The notes below the pieces were generated by a model that made no database searches, was not told where the DNA came from, and saw only the letters and a program-made list of their open reading frames with translations. From Chloroflexia bacterium (GTDB lineage Bacteria; Chloroflexota; Chloroflexia; Chloroheliales; Chloroheliaceae), in the NCBI GenBank assembly GCA_038207455.1, contig JBBQZT010000016.1, positions 3,298-67,297 of the forward strand: a DNA stretch of 64,000 bases, written 5' to 3'. Numbering within the stretch: the first letter of the stretch is position 1; each line of letters opens with the position of its first letter. A program made the position numbers and the translations under genes. Positions 1 to 8,678 of the stretch are shown piece after piece.

Positions 1-2
1 TG

Positions 3-584
3 ATAGCAGCGAAAGCTGCAACCAAAAAACTTACGGTTAAGCAGTTCCTGGCCCTGGACGAAATAGATGGCGACGAGAATTTTTACGAGAATTATGAACT
101 GATAAACGGGGAAATCGTGGCAAAAACTAAGAAAAAAGGCCCAAGTGGAAGACATGGTGAAGTTATTAATAATTTGGGTAGCGAACTTAGAAACTTTGTG
201 AAAGCGGACAAGTTGGGCCGCGTATTTGTAACCAGCCCGTGTGCTTTTAGTGAAAACAACTATTACATACCGGACGTAGCTTTTGTAGCCAGGGGCCGCA
301 TCACTGTTCTTGATTTTGAAGGCACAGTACCAGTAATCCCCGATCTGGTGGCCGAGGTCAATTCGCCGAGCGATACCATTGAGCAGATACATAACAAAAT
401 TGAGGTTTATCTAAAAGCCGGGGTGCAACTGATCTGGTCGATTAATCTGGTGGACAAATACATATTTGTATATCAAGCGGGCGAACCAGAAAGAACCTAT
501 TTGAGCCTCAAAGACGAGCTAGATGGTGGTGCGGTGCTGCCCAACTTCAAGCTCAAGGTAGCAGACCTTTTTGTGGGCGAATGA
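3..584 (+). CDS. Uma2 family (DUF820) PD-(D/E)xK endonuclease, 5' end probably outside the window
   Basis: The frame is open from base 3 with no start codon before 117. The segments ..YELINGEIV..GRHGEV..IPDVAFV..PDLVAEVNSPSD..LPNFKLKVADLF are collinear with the paralogue at 4709-5335. Confidence 0.75.
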   Translation: MAAKAATKKLTVKQFLALDEIDGDENFYENYELINGEIVAKTKKKGPSGRHGEVINNLGSELRNFVKADKLGRVFVTSPCAFSENNYYIPDVAFVARGRITVLDFEGTVPVIPDLVAEVNSPSDTIEQIHNKIEVYLKAGVQLIWSINLVDKYIFVYQAGEPERTYLSLKDELDGGAVLPNFKLKVADLFVGE

Positions 585-585
585 T

Positions 586-730
586 AACTTTGTCATTCTG
601 AGCGGAGGCTCTGGCGAAGCGCGTAGCGAAGAGTCTGTTGCTAAATGTTCAAAAAAAACAGACCCTTCACTTCGCAGCAACCAGTTGACGCTTCCGTTCA
701 GGGTGACAAATCATCTATCTGAGTAGTTAC
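586..730. repeat. Family B palindromic element (GTCATTCTGAGCGGAGGC ... GCTTCCGTTCAGGGTGAC arms, ends in TGAGTAGTTAC)
   Basis: Internal inverted arms are visible. The right terminus is shared with the copies at 44939-45079, 45096-45194 and 47638-47750. The left terminus is degenerate. Confidence 0.6.
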
Positions 731-751
731 TAAAATAGAAAGTTAGAAAAT

Positions 752-2260
752 ATGGAATTTAACGAACAACAGCAGGGGCGTTTGGCTAAAGCCAAAAAAT
801 TGCGTCAGCTTGGGCTTGACCCTTATCCGCCCCGCTTCGAGGAGCGCGACCACACCATTGCCCAGGTGTTGGAGCATTTTGATGAATTCAAAAAAGACGA
901 ACATTCCGAGCCGCCCCTGGCAGGTCAGGACGTAACCGTTGCCGGACGCATTATGCTGTTGCGTGACAAAAAGGTGGTTTTTGCCGATTTGCATGAAGAC
1001 GGTCATAAAGTTCAGATTTACCTCAAAGACTCGCATTTGGACGCAGGAGCCGAGGGTTTGCAACTATTTAAGGAAACAGTTGACCTGGGCGATATTATTG
1101 GAGTGCGCGGCAAACCCTTCCTGACCCGTACAGGCGAAAAAACTATCGAGGTGAGTCATTGGTGGATGCTGACCAAAACTATCAATCCGATGCCCGACAA
1201 ATATCATGGCGTAACCGATACCGAACTGCGCTACCGCCAACGTTATGTAGATTTGCTGGTTAATACCGAAGTGCGCGACGTATTTATCAAACGCAGCCGT
1301 ATCGTCAGTGCGATGCGCCGTTTTCTGGATAGCAAAGGTTTCCTGGAGGTGGAAACGCCCGTGATGCAGCCGCTATATGGGGGTGCGTCGGCCCGTCCTT
1401 TCACTACCCGCCACAACGCCCTTGACCAGACTTTTTACCTGCGTATCGCCGACGAACTTTATCTGAAACGTTTGTTGGTGGGAGGTTTGAGCCGGGTTTA
1501 TGAGGTTTCCAAAGATTTCCGCAACGAAGGCATTGATGTTACCCACAACCCCGAATTTACTATGATGGAGTGTTATCAAGCCTTCGCCGATTATCACGAT
1601 ATTATGGAACTCAACGAGCAAATGATCGCTTATATCGCGCAGGAAGTTTTGGGGACGACCAAAATCACCACGCACGGCCACGAAGTCGAGTTGCAACCCC
1701 CCTGGCGACGGATGACTATGCGCGACGCTTTGATTGAATACGGTGGCCTGGATTACGAAGCTTTCCCGGAGCAGCCCGCCCTGTATGCCGAACTCCGCCG
1801 CCGCGATGTCGAAGTTGCGCCTGATACAGTCTGGCCTAAGTTGGTGGACGAAGCCTACAAAAATCTGGTGCGGCCCAAGCTCATCCAGCCGACTTTTTTG
1901 TATGACTACCCGCAGCGATTGTCACCGCTTGCCAAACGCAAACCTGGCGATCCCAACACAGCCGAGCGTTTCCAATCTATCATTGCGGGTATCGAGTCTA
2001 GCAACGCTTTTAGCGAACTAAACGACCCGATGGATCAGGCGGAGCGTTTCGCGGAGCAGACCAAAAACCGCGCGGCGGGTGACGACGAAGCTATGCAGAC
2101 CGATGACGATTTTATCAACGCCTTGATGTATGGAATGCCACCGACGGGCGGTATCGGTATCGGGATTGACCGCTTGGCGATGCTGCTGCTAGACCAATAT
2201 TCCATTCGGGACGTAATTTTGTTCCCTCAAATGCGTACTATTGAGCCGGGCCAAAGCTAA
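752..2260 (+). CDS. lysS: Lysine--tRNA ligase, class II
   Basis: 502 aa. N-terminal OB anticodon-binding region, then class II core motifs (FRNEGID.., ..MPPTGGIGIGIDRL..), typical LysS length and N-terminus. Confidence 0.95.
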   Translation: MEFNEQQQGRLAKAKKLRQLGLDPYPPRFEERDHTIAQVLEHFDEFKKDEHSEPPLAGQDVTVAGRIMLLRDKKVVFADLHEDGHKVQIYLKDSHLDAGAEGLQLFKETVDLGDIIGVRGKPFLTRTGEKTIEVSHWWMLTKTINPMPDKYHGVTDTELRYRQRYVDLLVNTEVRDVFIKRSRIVSAMRRFLDSKGFLEVETPVMQPLYGGASARPFTTRHNALDQTFYLRIADELYLKRLLVGGLSRVYEVSKDFRNEGIDVTHNPEFTMMECYQAFADYHDIMELNEQMIAYIAQEVLGTTKITTHGHEVELQPPWRRMTMRDALIEYGGLDYEAFPEQPALYAELRRRDVEVAPDTVWPKLVDEAYKNLVRPKLIQPTFLYDYPQRLSPLAKRKPGDPNTAERFQSIIAGIESSNAFSELNDPMDQAERFAEQTKNRAAGDDEAMQTDDDFINALMYGMPPTGGIGIGIDRLAMLLLDQYSIRDVILFPQMRTIEPGQS

Positions 2261-2264
2261 AACT

Positions 2265-3296
2265 ATGCTATACCTATTCTATGGTGAAGACCAGTTCGGG
2301 TTGCGCGAACAGGTTGTCAAAATCAAAGCCGAAACTATTCCAGCTGAGGCCGAGGATTTTAATTTTGTGCGCCTTGATGCCGAACGGGGCAACTTCCAAA
2401 TAGACACGCTGCTTCAAAACGCCGACGCTTACCCGTTTATGAACGATAAACGCATGGTAGTAGCTAGTGGCGTGAGTACAAAGCTGGGCAAAAGCGGTGA
2501 TAGCGTACCAGCACGCGGCAGGGGCGGTAAGGGTCAAACCGCCGCCAAAATTTTGTCGCCCCGCGAAAAGCTGCTGGACTTCCTGAGCCGCGTACCCACC
2601 ACGACGGTTTTGGTGCTGGTTGAGCAAAAAGTCGCCAAGAACGAGGTGTTATATAAAGCTGTCGAAAAATATGGGCAGGTAAAAGAATTTATCGCGCCCA
2701 GGGGTACGCAACTGGAAAATTGGGTAGTGGTTCGCGCCCGCCGAGAAAATATCAAGCTGGAAAACGCGGCGGCGATGAAATTGGCCGAATATATCGGGCC
2801 GGATTTGTACCGCCTGGATAACGAGATGCAAAAGCTGGCCGCCTATGCTGGGGAAGGGCAGAGCGTGACGGCCCAAATGGTGACAGAGATGACCGCCGAA
2901 GCCCAATCTACCTCGATTTACAACTTGACCGACGCGATAGGCCGACGTGATACAAGCGCAGCAATTCTTTTGTTAAATCGCTTGCGCCAGGAAACCAATC
3001 TCAACAAGCAAGGTTTTACCCGCCAGCTTTTCTCCCTGATAACCCGCGAGATTTACGATTTGTGTCGGGTACGCGAACTGGCCGGGCAGCGCAAAAGCCA
3101 GGGGGAAATCGCCTCAATTATGGGCTTGCCGCCATTTGTAGTCCAGAAAAAAACCGACACCGCCCGCAATTTCAGTAGCGAACGGCTGGACTATCTTTAC
3201 CATCGCCTGACCGAACTCGATTACGCCGACAAATCGGGCAAAGCCGACCTGACCATCCAACTTGATTTATTGGTAGCCGAAATTTGCCAAAGGTAA
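2265..3296 (+). CDS. holA: DNA polymerase III subunit delta
   Basis: The N-terminus MLYLFYGEDQFGL and the overall length and composition fit HolA. ATG 2265 is preferred over the TTG at 2241, which overlaps the end of lysS. Confidence 0.8.
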   Translation: MLYLFYGEDQFGLREQVVKIKAETIPAEAEDFNFVRLDAERGNFQIDTLLQNADAYPFMNDKRMVVASGVSTKLGKSGDSVPARGRGGKGQTAAKILSPREKLLDFLSRVPTTTVLVLVEQKVAKNEVLYKAVEKYGQVKEFIAPRGTQLENWVVVRARRENIKLENAAAMKLAEYIGPDLYRLDNEMQKLAAYAGEGQSVTAQMVTEMTAEAQSTSIYNLTDAIGRRDTSAAILLLNRLRQETNLNKQGFTRQLFSLITREIYDLCRVRELAGQRKSQGEIASIMGLPPFVVQKKTDTARNFSSERLDYLYHRLTELDYADKSGKADLTIQLDLLVAEICQR

Positions 3297-3320
3297 AAGT
3301 AACCAGAAGGAGTAGCCAGG

Positions 3321-3469
3321 ATGACAGCCCTATTAGATAAAGAGAAATTTACACGCTTGAGGAATTCGCGCTTTGCCAGATGACGGTAAACGCTATGAGT
3401 TGGGGCAGAGACGTTGTACCTGGCTTCAAGGTCAAAGTCAGCCAGCTTTTTGAGTACAGCCAGCAATAA
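3321..3469 (+). pseudogene. Decayed Uma2 remnant: N- and C-terminal ends only, frameshifted, core deleted
   Basis: Three frame segments read MTALLDKEKFT.., ..ALPDDGKRYELGQ.. and ..DVVPGFKVKVSQLFEYSQQ*. These match the YEL motif and the P-x-F-x-V-x-V-xxLF tail of the two intact Uma2 genes. Confidence 0.5.
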
Positions 3470-3495
3470 TTTACTTTACAAAGACAAGGAGAAAT

Positions 3496-4437
3496 TTGAT
3501 GACTTACGAACTCATAATGGTGACGGATTTCAGAGGCCATTGGCACGATGGGCAGACAACCAGTTACTTTAGTAGTATGTTTTATAACGTTGACGAAAAA
3601 ACTAGCCAGCAAGAAAAGAAATTTCAGAGTGCCCCAACAATTGAAGATTTGCGACCTTTCAATAACGCCCCAACCACTTTCATTAAAATTGCCTCTCAAT
3701 TTAATCAAAAGGCGGATGAAGCTTGGAGCGGTAGCGTAAGCGGATTTAGAGTGGATAAAATTGATAAAGGCAAGTTCTTGTTCGAAGTACATATAGATAA
3801 GAAAAAACCACTTGACGAGCTTGAAAAAGAGATTTGGTCTTCTGGCTGTTACATTTATGAGGTTGGAGAGCAAGCAGCGACTGAAGGAGAGACTTTCCGA
3901 TATTTCAAATACAGCGACACAACAAAGGTACAACAGCCAGTAATTTTATCAGCGTCGGAGCTTCGGCCACCCTTTTTCGACCTTTTTCCAAAATGTTCCT
4001 GGCAGGACTTTGAGACTTATACGTATTACTTAATTAGGCTTTTGGGCATACATCAGGCTGGCAAATTTCCGTCAGAAGCACAAGCTGGAAAAGCAGATGG
4101 CTTCTTCAGAATTAGGGGTTTAATTGTAATGTGGGATGCTACAATTAAGACAGATTTCAAGGATTGGAAATCAGAGCAGATTAGGAACTTTTGTAGTAAG
4201 CTTTTTCACGAAAACTTACTAGACCTGCCAAAGATAGAAACGGTTGATTTTTCTCAATACGACAAACAGGTTTGGATTGTTATAAGAAGTGAGCAAAGCT
4301 ATTCGATAAATACTATAGATGGTTTTCTCGTTAAAAAAGTTAGCGTGCGAGATTTGATCGAAATATACGAAGCTAGATTGAGAGATGGATTTGACGAACG
4401 AAATTTGGCAACCAAACTTAGCAATATTGGAAGTTAG
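3496..4437 (+). CDS. Hypothetical protein, AT-rich orphan; C-terminal half weakly restriction-endonuclease-like
   Basis: 313-aa ORF with AAGGAG upstream. It is visibly AT-richer than its flanks. The C-terminal region reads WQDFETYTYYLIRLLG..GKADGFF..LIVMWDATIK. Confidence 0.55.
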   Translation: MMTYELIMVTDFRGHWHDGQTTSYFSSMFYNVDEKTSQQEKKFQSAPTIEDLRPFNNAPTTFIKIASQFNQKADEAWSGSVSGFRVDKIDKGKFLFEVHIDKKKPLDELEKEIWSSGCYIYEVGEQAATEGETFRYFKYSDTTKVQQPVILSASELRPPFFDLFPKCSWQDFETYTYYLIRLLGIHQAGKFPSEAQAGKADGFFRIRGLIVMWDATIKTDFKDWKSEQIRNFCSKLFHENLLDLPKIETVDFSQYDKQVWIVIRSEQSYSINTIDGFLVKKVSVRDLIEIYEARLRDGFDERNLATKLSNIGS

Positions 4438-4482
4438 GGCTGGCTCGTTCTATGCTAAAGTATGCACCGCACCCAGTTGGAA

Positions 4483-4664
4483 GCGCATCAGATATTGTGT
4501 TTGACCGCCAACGGTTGAAACCGTCGTCTATTCACACCAAACCCACTGAAGTGGGTTCTCAAATACCTTAATGTGTTATACAAAAATGTGTTAGTAACCT
4601 GATTTATCAGGTTTGGGGTATATAGACGACGGTTTACCTGTACCCGCACGGTTGAACTGTTGAC
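4483..4664. repeat. Family A nested-palindrome element, copy 1 (left arm internally deleted)
   Basis: Shares CGCATCAGATATT..TTTGACCGCCAA, the core hairpin AACCTGATTTATCAGGTTTGGGGT and the right arm TAGACGACGGTTTACCTGTACCC.. with the other copies. Confidence 0.8.
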
Positions 4665-4708
4665 GATTATAGGAACAGCATAAGCTTTATTTTGCAGGAA
4701 GTAAATTT

Positions 4709-5335
4709 ATGACGCTGACTTTAGAAGATAAGAAAACCGCCCCCAAGAAGTATTACAATCTGGAAGGTTTTTTTGCCTGGATACACGAAAATGCCCAAAG
4801 TGATACTCAGTACGAACTAATTAACGGAGAGATTGTGGAACGGAATGCAGCAGGCCCAGACGGGCCAAGTGGTAAACACGGTGAGGTTATCGCCAGATTA
4901 ACTTCGGCCCTGGTCGTGTTTGCCGAAAGTAATGATTTGGGCCGGGTGTTTAGTACCGCCCCGTGCCTATTACCAGAACAGCTACAGGAAAATGACAAGG
5001 GCAAGAAAAAACGGGCCAGCTACTTGATACCTGATATAGCTTTTTACGTTAAAAGCCGCATTCCCGATAAATTTGCCGGAGCGATACCTGCCGTGCCAGA
5101 TTTGGTAGTGGAAGTAAACTCACCCAGCGACGATGGCGAACACATCAAGGCTAAAATCGAGCTTTACCAAAAAGCTGGAGTACGCTTGATTTGGTCAATC
5201 TATATGATGGAAGAATTTGTAGTCATTTATCGGTTGGGCGAACCGGACAAAAAGTTCTTGAACCTCAAAGATGATTTGGTTGGAGAAGATTTATTACCCA
5301 ACTTCGCTGTCAATGTAGCTAAATTGCTCAAGTAA
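4709..5335 (+). CDS. Uma2 family (DUF820) endonuclease
   Basis: 208 aa. Motifs YELINGEIVE, GKHGEV, IPDIAFY, PDLVVEVNSPSD and a ..LPNFAVNVAKLL tail. Confidence 0.85.
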   Translation: MTLTLEDKKTAPKKYYNLEGFFAWIHENAQSDTQYELINGEIVERNAAGPDGPSGKHGEVIARLTSALVVFAESNDLGRVFSTAPCLLPEQLQENDKGKKKRASYLIPDIAFYVKSRIPDKFAGAIPAVPDLVVEVNSPSDDGEHIKAKIELYQKAGVRLIWSIYMMEEFVVIYRLGEPDKKFLNLKDDLVGEDLLPNFAVNVAKLLK

Positions 5336-5363
5336 ATAGAAAAGCTGGTTGGTAATAGGTGTT

Positions 5364-5511
5364 CGCATCAGATATTTGCATTTGACCGCCAATGGATAAA
5401 TCCATCGTCTATTCACACCAAGTACGCTGAAGCGCACTAACAACCTGATTTGTCAGGTTTGAGGTGGCTAGACGACGGTTGCCTGTACCCAGCACGGGTG
5501 CAACCGTTGGC
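5364..5511. repeat. Family A nested-palindrome element, copy 2
   Basis: Same orientation and same 5' leader (CGCATCAGATATT..TTTGACCGCCAATGG) as copy 1. Core AACCTGATTTGTCAGGTTTGAGGT, right arm TAGACGACGGTTGCCTGTACCCAGCACGGGTGCAACCGTTGGC. Confidence 0.8.
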
Positions 5512-5548
5512 AATTTGTTACTACAAAGACTCTATACAAACAAAGAAA

Positions 5549-6508
5549 CTATTTGAGCTTTTGGAAAACCAAAATATATTGATGCAACTGGTTGGCTACG
5601 AACTGATAAGGGTAGCCGAATGGGTAAAGATTGGTGGTTTTGTCGTACCAGATTTTGTAGCCCTTGTAAGCCAGATTCTCAATTGTCATAAATTTGCTCA
5701 CAATATCGGCGTGTAACATATTGTGATGTTCGAGCGTCGGCTGCAAATCTTTGGTAAACAAAACCAGATAGCCACGCGGCTTGAGATGGGTCAACGCCCC
5801 TTCCATCACGATTTTGAGTTCGTCCAGGAAGGCAAAATATGGCAGGTTGCCTAAATCAGCTACGTCCGAAGTAAAAGGCGTAGGGTCGGCGCGGCCTGTA
5901 CGTTTCTTTTTTTCGCCGTCCTGGGGATTATTCATCATACTAGCGTAAGGCGGGTCGGTCAGAATCATATCGAAAACCCGCTCTGACACCTGGGGATAGG
6001 CTTGCAGTTGATGAGCGTCACCTACAATAAAAGGTTGCTCGGCCAGATTTTCGCTGGCACACACCTTCGCGTAAATATCAGCATATTGCGCCGACAGTTC
6101 CACTCCTACGCCGTTACGTCCGGCTAACGCACAGCCCAAAAGCGTACCGCCTACCCCAGCAAACGGGTCTAACACCCAACCATCGCGTTTAGTGAAGAAC
6201 TCAATCAGACGGCGCATCAATTGGGGCGGTTTAGGCGAAGGGTGAGCCTTGCGTAGATGGTGGCCGTAGCTTTCCTGCCCGCTCACCGCATAAGCCGTCG
6301 CATCTACCGAGCTAAGAAAATAAACCCACTCCTTGCCAGTCAAATCATTCAAGTTGTTACGGGGGTCAAGGCGACCATTGGGTGTCGGGATAACGGGCGG
6401 CGTTTCCAAAATTGTTTCAGCTGGCACAGTTTGAAGCATCGTCAAAGCTGGCTCTCCTTCAAATAAGTTATTTTGGCACAAAAGCAAATCCTGCCTATCT
6501 TTCATCAA
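5549..6508 (-). CDS. SAM-dependent DPPY (N6-adenine/N4-cytosine type) DNA methyltransferase, no adjacent recognisable restriction gene
   Basis: HPSPKPPQLMRRLI (motif X-like), then LDPFAGVGGT (motif I), and about 75 aa later ILTDPPYA (motif IV). Confidence 0.75.
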   Translation of the reverse strand: MMKDRQDLLLCQNNLFEGEPALTMLQTVPAETILETPPVIPTPNGRLDPRNNLNDLTGKEWVYFLSSVDATAYAVSGQESYGHHLRKAHPSPKPPQLMRRLIEFFTKRDGWVLDPFAGVGGTLLGCALAGRNGVGVELSAQYADIYAKVCASENLAEQPFIVGDAHQLQAYPQVSERVFDMILTDPPYASMMNNPQDGEKKKRTGRADPTPFTSDVADLGNLPYFAFLDELKIVMEGALTHLKPRGYLVLFTKDLQPTLEHHNMLHADIVSKFMTIENLAYKGYKIWYDKTTNLYPFGYPYQFVANQLHQYILVFQKLK

Positions 6509-6550
6509 CTAGCCTTGTCTATCCACCCGTTTGGGAAAAAGTGCCGAAGT

Positions 6551-6726
6551 AGCTAACAATTGTCAGCATTCAGTCGTCAGTTATCAGTCAAATGCAACTT
6601 GTTAGCAGTCAAGTAAGGTTTCGACTTTTGCTGCCTCCTAATTGCATTTAACTGATTGCTGACGGCTGATAGCTAACTGCATTTAACTGATTGCTAATTG
6701 CTGCTAACTGACGACTGTTGGCTAAC
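6551..6726. repeat. Family C: large imperfect palindrome built from CAGTNNT-type heptamers
   Basis: The left arm AGCTAACAATTGTCAGCATTCAGTCGTCAGTTATCAGTC is mirrored by ..GACTGATAGCT../CTGACGACTGTTGGCTAAC on the right. Related tracts lie at 39115-39152 and 58058-58088. Confidence 0.7.
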
Positions 6727-6729
6727 TTA

Positions 6730-7587
6730 CTATTCAAACACAATAGCGCGGCGGCCCGACACCAACACCCGGTCTTCCAGATGGGCCTTGACCGCTTGAG
6801 CCAAAACCTGCCGCTCTAAGTCGCGCCCCCGCCGCACCAAATCTTGTACCGAGTCTCGGTGGCTCACCTTTGTCACGTCCTGAGCAATGATCGGGCCTTC
6901 ATCCAATTCAGCGGTAACGTAATGGGCCGTCGCCCCGATAATTTTCACGCTGCGTTCGTAAGCTTGATGATAGGGTTTCGACCCAGCAAAAGCAGGCAGC
7001 AAGCTATGATGAATATTGATAATACGCCAGCGATATTGTTGGACAACGGCTGGCGACAGAATTTGCATATACCGCGCCAACACCACCAAATCAATCTTGT
7101 GCTGTGCTAATAAAGCCAGGATTGCCGCTTCTTGTCGCACCTTTGTGTCTGGCGTAGTAGGCAGATAATGCCATTCGATGCCAAAATTTTGGGCTATAGG
7201 TTCAAGCGTCGAGTGATTGCTGATAATCAGCGAAAGATTGGCTTGAAACTCGCCTGCCCGATGCCGCAACAGCAAATCGTAAAGGCAATGGTCTTGCTGC
7301 GATACCAAAATCGCCAAGTTTTTTAGCTCGTCCGCAAAGTGCAGTTGCCATTCCATCCCAAATTTTTGACCCACCGTTTCAAAAGCCGGAGCAATCTCGT
7401 TGCGAGACAGGGTCATACCAGCCAGGTCGAAAGCCACCCGCATAAAAAAAACACCCGCTGCCAAATCGCTATGCTGGTTCGAGTCCAAAATATTCGCCCC
7501 GTGTTCGGACAGGAAGCTGGTCACACTCGCTACCAGCCCGCGCCTATCAGGACAGGCTATGGTTAAAATACCGACAGTTTGCTTCAT
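6730..7587 (-). CDS. purU: Formyltetrahydrofolate deformylase
   Basis: ACT-like N-domain plus formyltransferase core (IINIHHSLLPAF..G..PYHQA, ..ATAHYVT.ELDEGPII). The start is set at ATG 7587 (MKQTVGILT) because the longer ORF overlaps ispH. Confidence 0.9.
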   Translation of the reverse strand: MKQTVGILTIACPDRRGLVASVTSFLSEHGANILDSNQHSDLAAGVFFMRVAFDLAGMTLSRNEIAPAFETVGQKFGMEWQLHFADELKNLAILVSQQDHCLYDLLLRHRAGEFQANLSLIISNHSTLEPIAQNFGIEWHYLPTTPDTKVRQEAAILALLAQHKIDLVVLARYMQILSPAVVQQYRWRIINIHHSLLPAFAGSKPYHQAYERSVKIIGATAHYVTAELDEGPIIAQDVTKVSHRDSVQDLVRRGRDLERQVLAQAVKAHLEDRVLVSGRRAIVFE

Positions 7588-7594
7588 TTCCAAA

Positions 7595-8476
7595 TTACTT
7601 CGTGGCAACCATCTGGCGTTGCAAATCGAACGAGCGCAACTGAGCCACCACTTCTTCAATGCTTTCGTCCGGCGTGCTGGCCCCGGCGGTCACACCCACT
7701 GTTTCGATACCGTCAAACCAGTGGGTGTCAAGGTCACTGGCGCGTTCGATTTTATAGGTGGTAGCACCTTCGGCCCGGCAGATGTCGGCCAAATGTTGGG
7801 TGTTGGCACTGGCTTTACCGCCAATGACTACCATCACCTGACATTCCTGGGCCAGTTCTTCGGCGGACGATTGCAAACGAGTGGTGGGAGCGCAAATAGT
7901 GTTATGGACTTTGATTTCTTTGGTTTTGCCCAAAAAGTGTTCGTTGACCTGAGTGACAAAATGACGGAAATGCTCCAAAATTTGGGTAGATTGGCAGACG
8001 ATACCAATACGTTTGGGCGGGCGCATATCTTTGATTTCCTCAAAGTCCATCGTGGCGATGGCCTCTTTACCTGCCCAGCCCAAAATACCTTTGACTTCTG
8101 GGTGGTTGCGGTCTCCAAACACAATCACTTTGTAACCTTGCTGCACCATTTCTCGCGCCGATTGTTGAATCAGGGTGACAAGGGGACAGGTCGCGTCCAT
8201 CACGTCCAGGCCACGCGCCCGCGCTTCTTCCACCACTTGGGGAGCGACACCGTGCGCGGTAAAAGCAATCGTGCCGCCAATTTGACCCATATCGCCCCGG
8301 TCAACCACGCCCACGCCCAATTTTTCCATGCGATTGACCACGACGGGATTATGCACCAATGCCCCGTAGGTCGTGATATGCGCGTTCGGTTTTTGTTGGG
8401 CTTGCTCGGCCACCAAATCTATGGCTTTCCGCACCCCGAAGCAAAAGCCCATTTCTTTCGCCAGTTTTATTTCCAT
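7595..8476 (-). CDS. ispH: 4-hydroxy-3-methylbut-2-enyl diphosphate reductase
   Basis: MGFCFGVRKAI, ..LVHNP.., ..DATCPLV.. and 293 aa are typical of IspH/LytB. Confidence 0.95.
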   Translation of the reverse strand: MEIKLAKEMGFCFGVRKAIDLVAEQAQQKPNAHITTYGALVHNPVVVNRMEKLGVGVVDRGDMGQIGGTIAFTAHGVAPQVVEEARARGLDVMDATCPLVTLIQQSAREMVQQGYKVIVFGDRNHPEVKGILGWAGKEAIATMDFEEIKDMRPPKRIGIVCQSTQILEHFRHFVTQVNEHFLGKTKEIKVHNTICAPTTRLQSSAEELAQECQVMVVIGGKASANTQHLADICRAEGATTYKIERASDLDTHWFDGIETVGVTAGASTPDESIEEVVAQLRSFDLQRQMVATK

Positions 8477-8603
8477 AAGTTGTTATATTTGCCTTACCTT
8501 TAATTTCTATAAGTTCGTATATATTATAACAAACTACGCAAACGAAAGCAGCATAGTTGCACAGAAGACAAAGAAGCCAAAACCCCGATTGTAGCCGTTC
8601 CTA

Positions 8604-8632
8604 TTGACATTAGTGCATTCTAGCGCGATAAT
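8604..8632 (+). promoter_or_regulatory. Sigma-70-like promoter, TTGACA-17 nt-GATAAT
   Basis: Hexamers at 8604-8609 and 8627-8632, about 45 nt upstream of the ATG at 8679, which has GAGGAGG before it. Confidence 0.5.
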
Positions 8633-8678
8633 CTTTTACATTAGCAACCAACATCTTAGGGTAGAGGAGGATTATCAA

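Noticed and set aside
3349-3933. 194-aa minus-strand ORF in the AT-rich region
   Set aside because: It overlaps the longer plus-strand ORF at 3496-4437, which has an AAGGAG RBS. Its own 3' part runs through the Uma2 remnant. Neither reading has family support, and I kept the longer plus-strand one.
7588-7659. N-terminal extension of purU in the ORF track
   Set aside because: It would overlap the 3' end of ispH by 65 nt. The ATG at 7587 gives the normal ACT-domain N-terminus MKQTVGILT.
7400-8503. 367-aa plus-strand ORF
   Set aside because: It lies entirely antisense to ispH and the start of purU, which have clear family motifs. Its composition is low-complexity and Arg/Gly/His-rich, as is typical of shadow ORFs.
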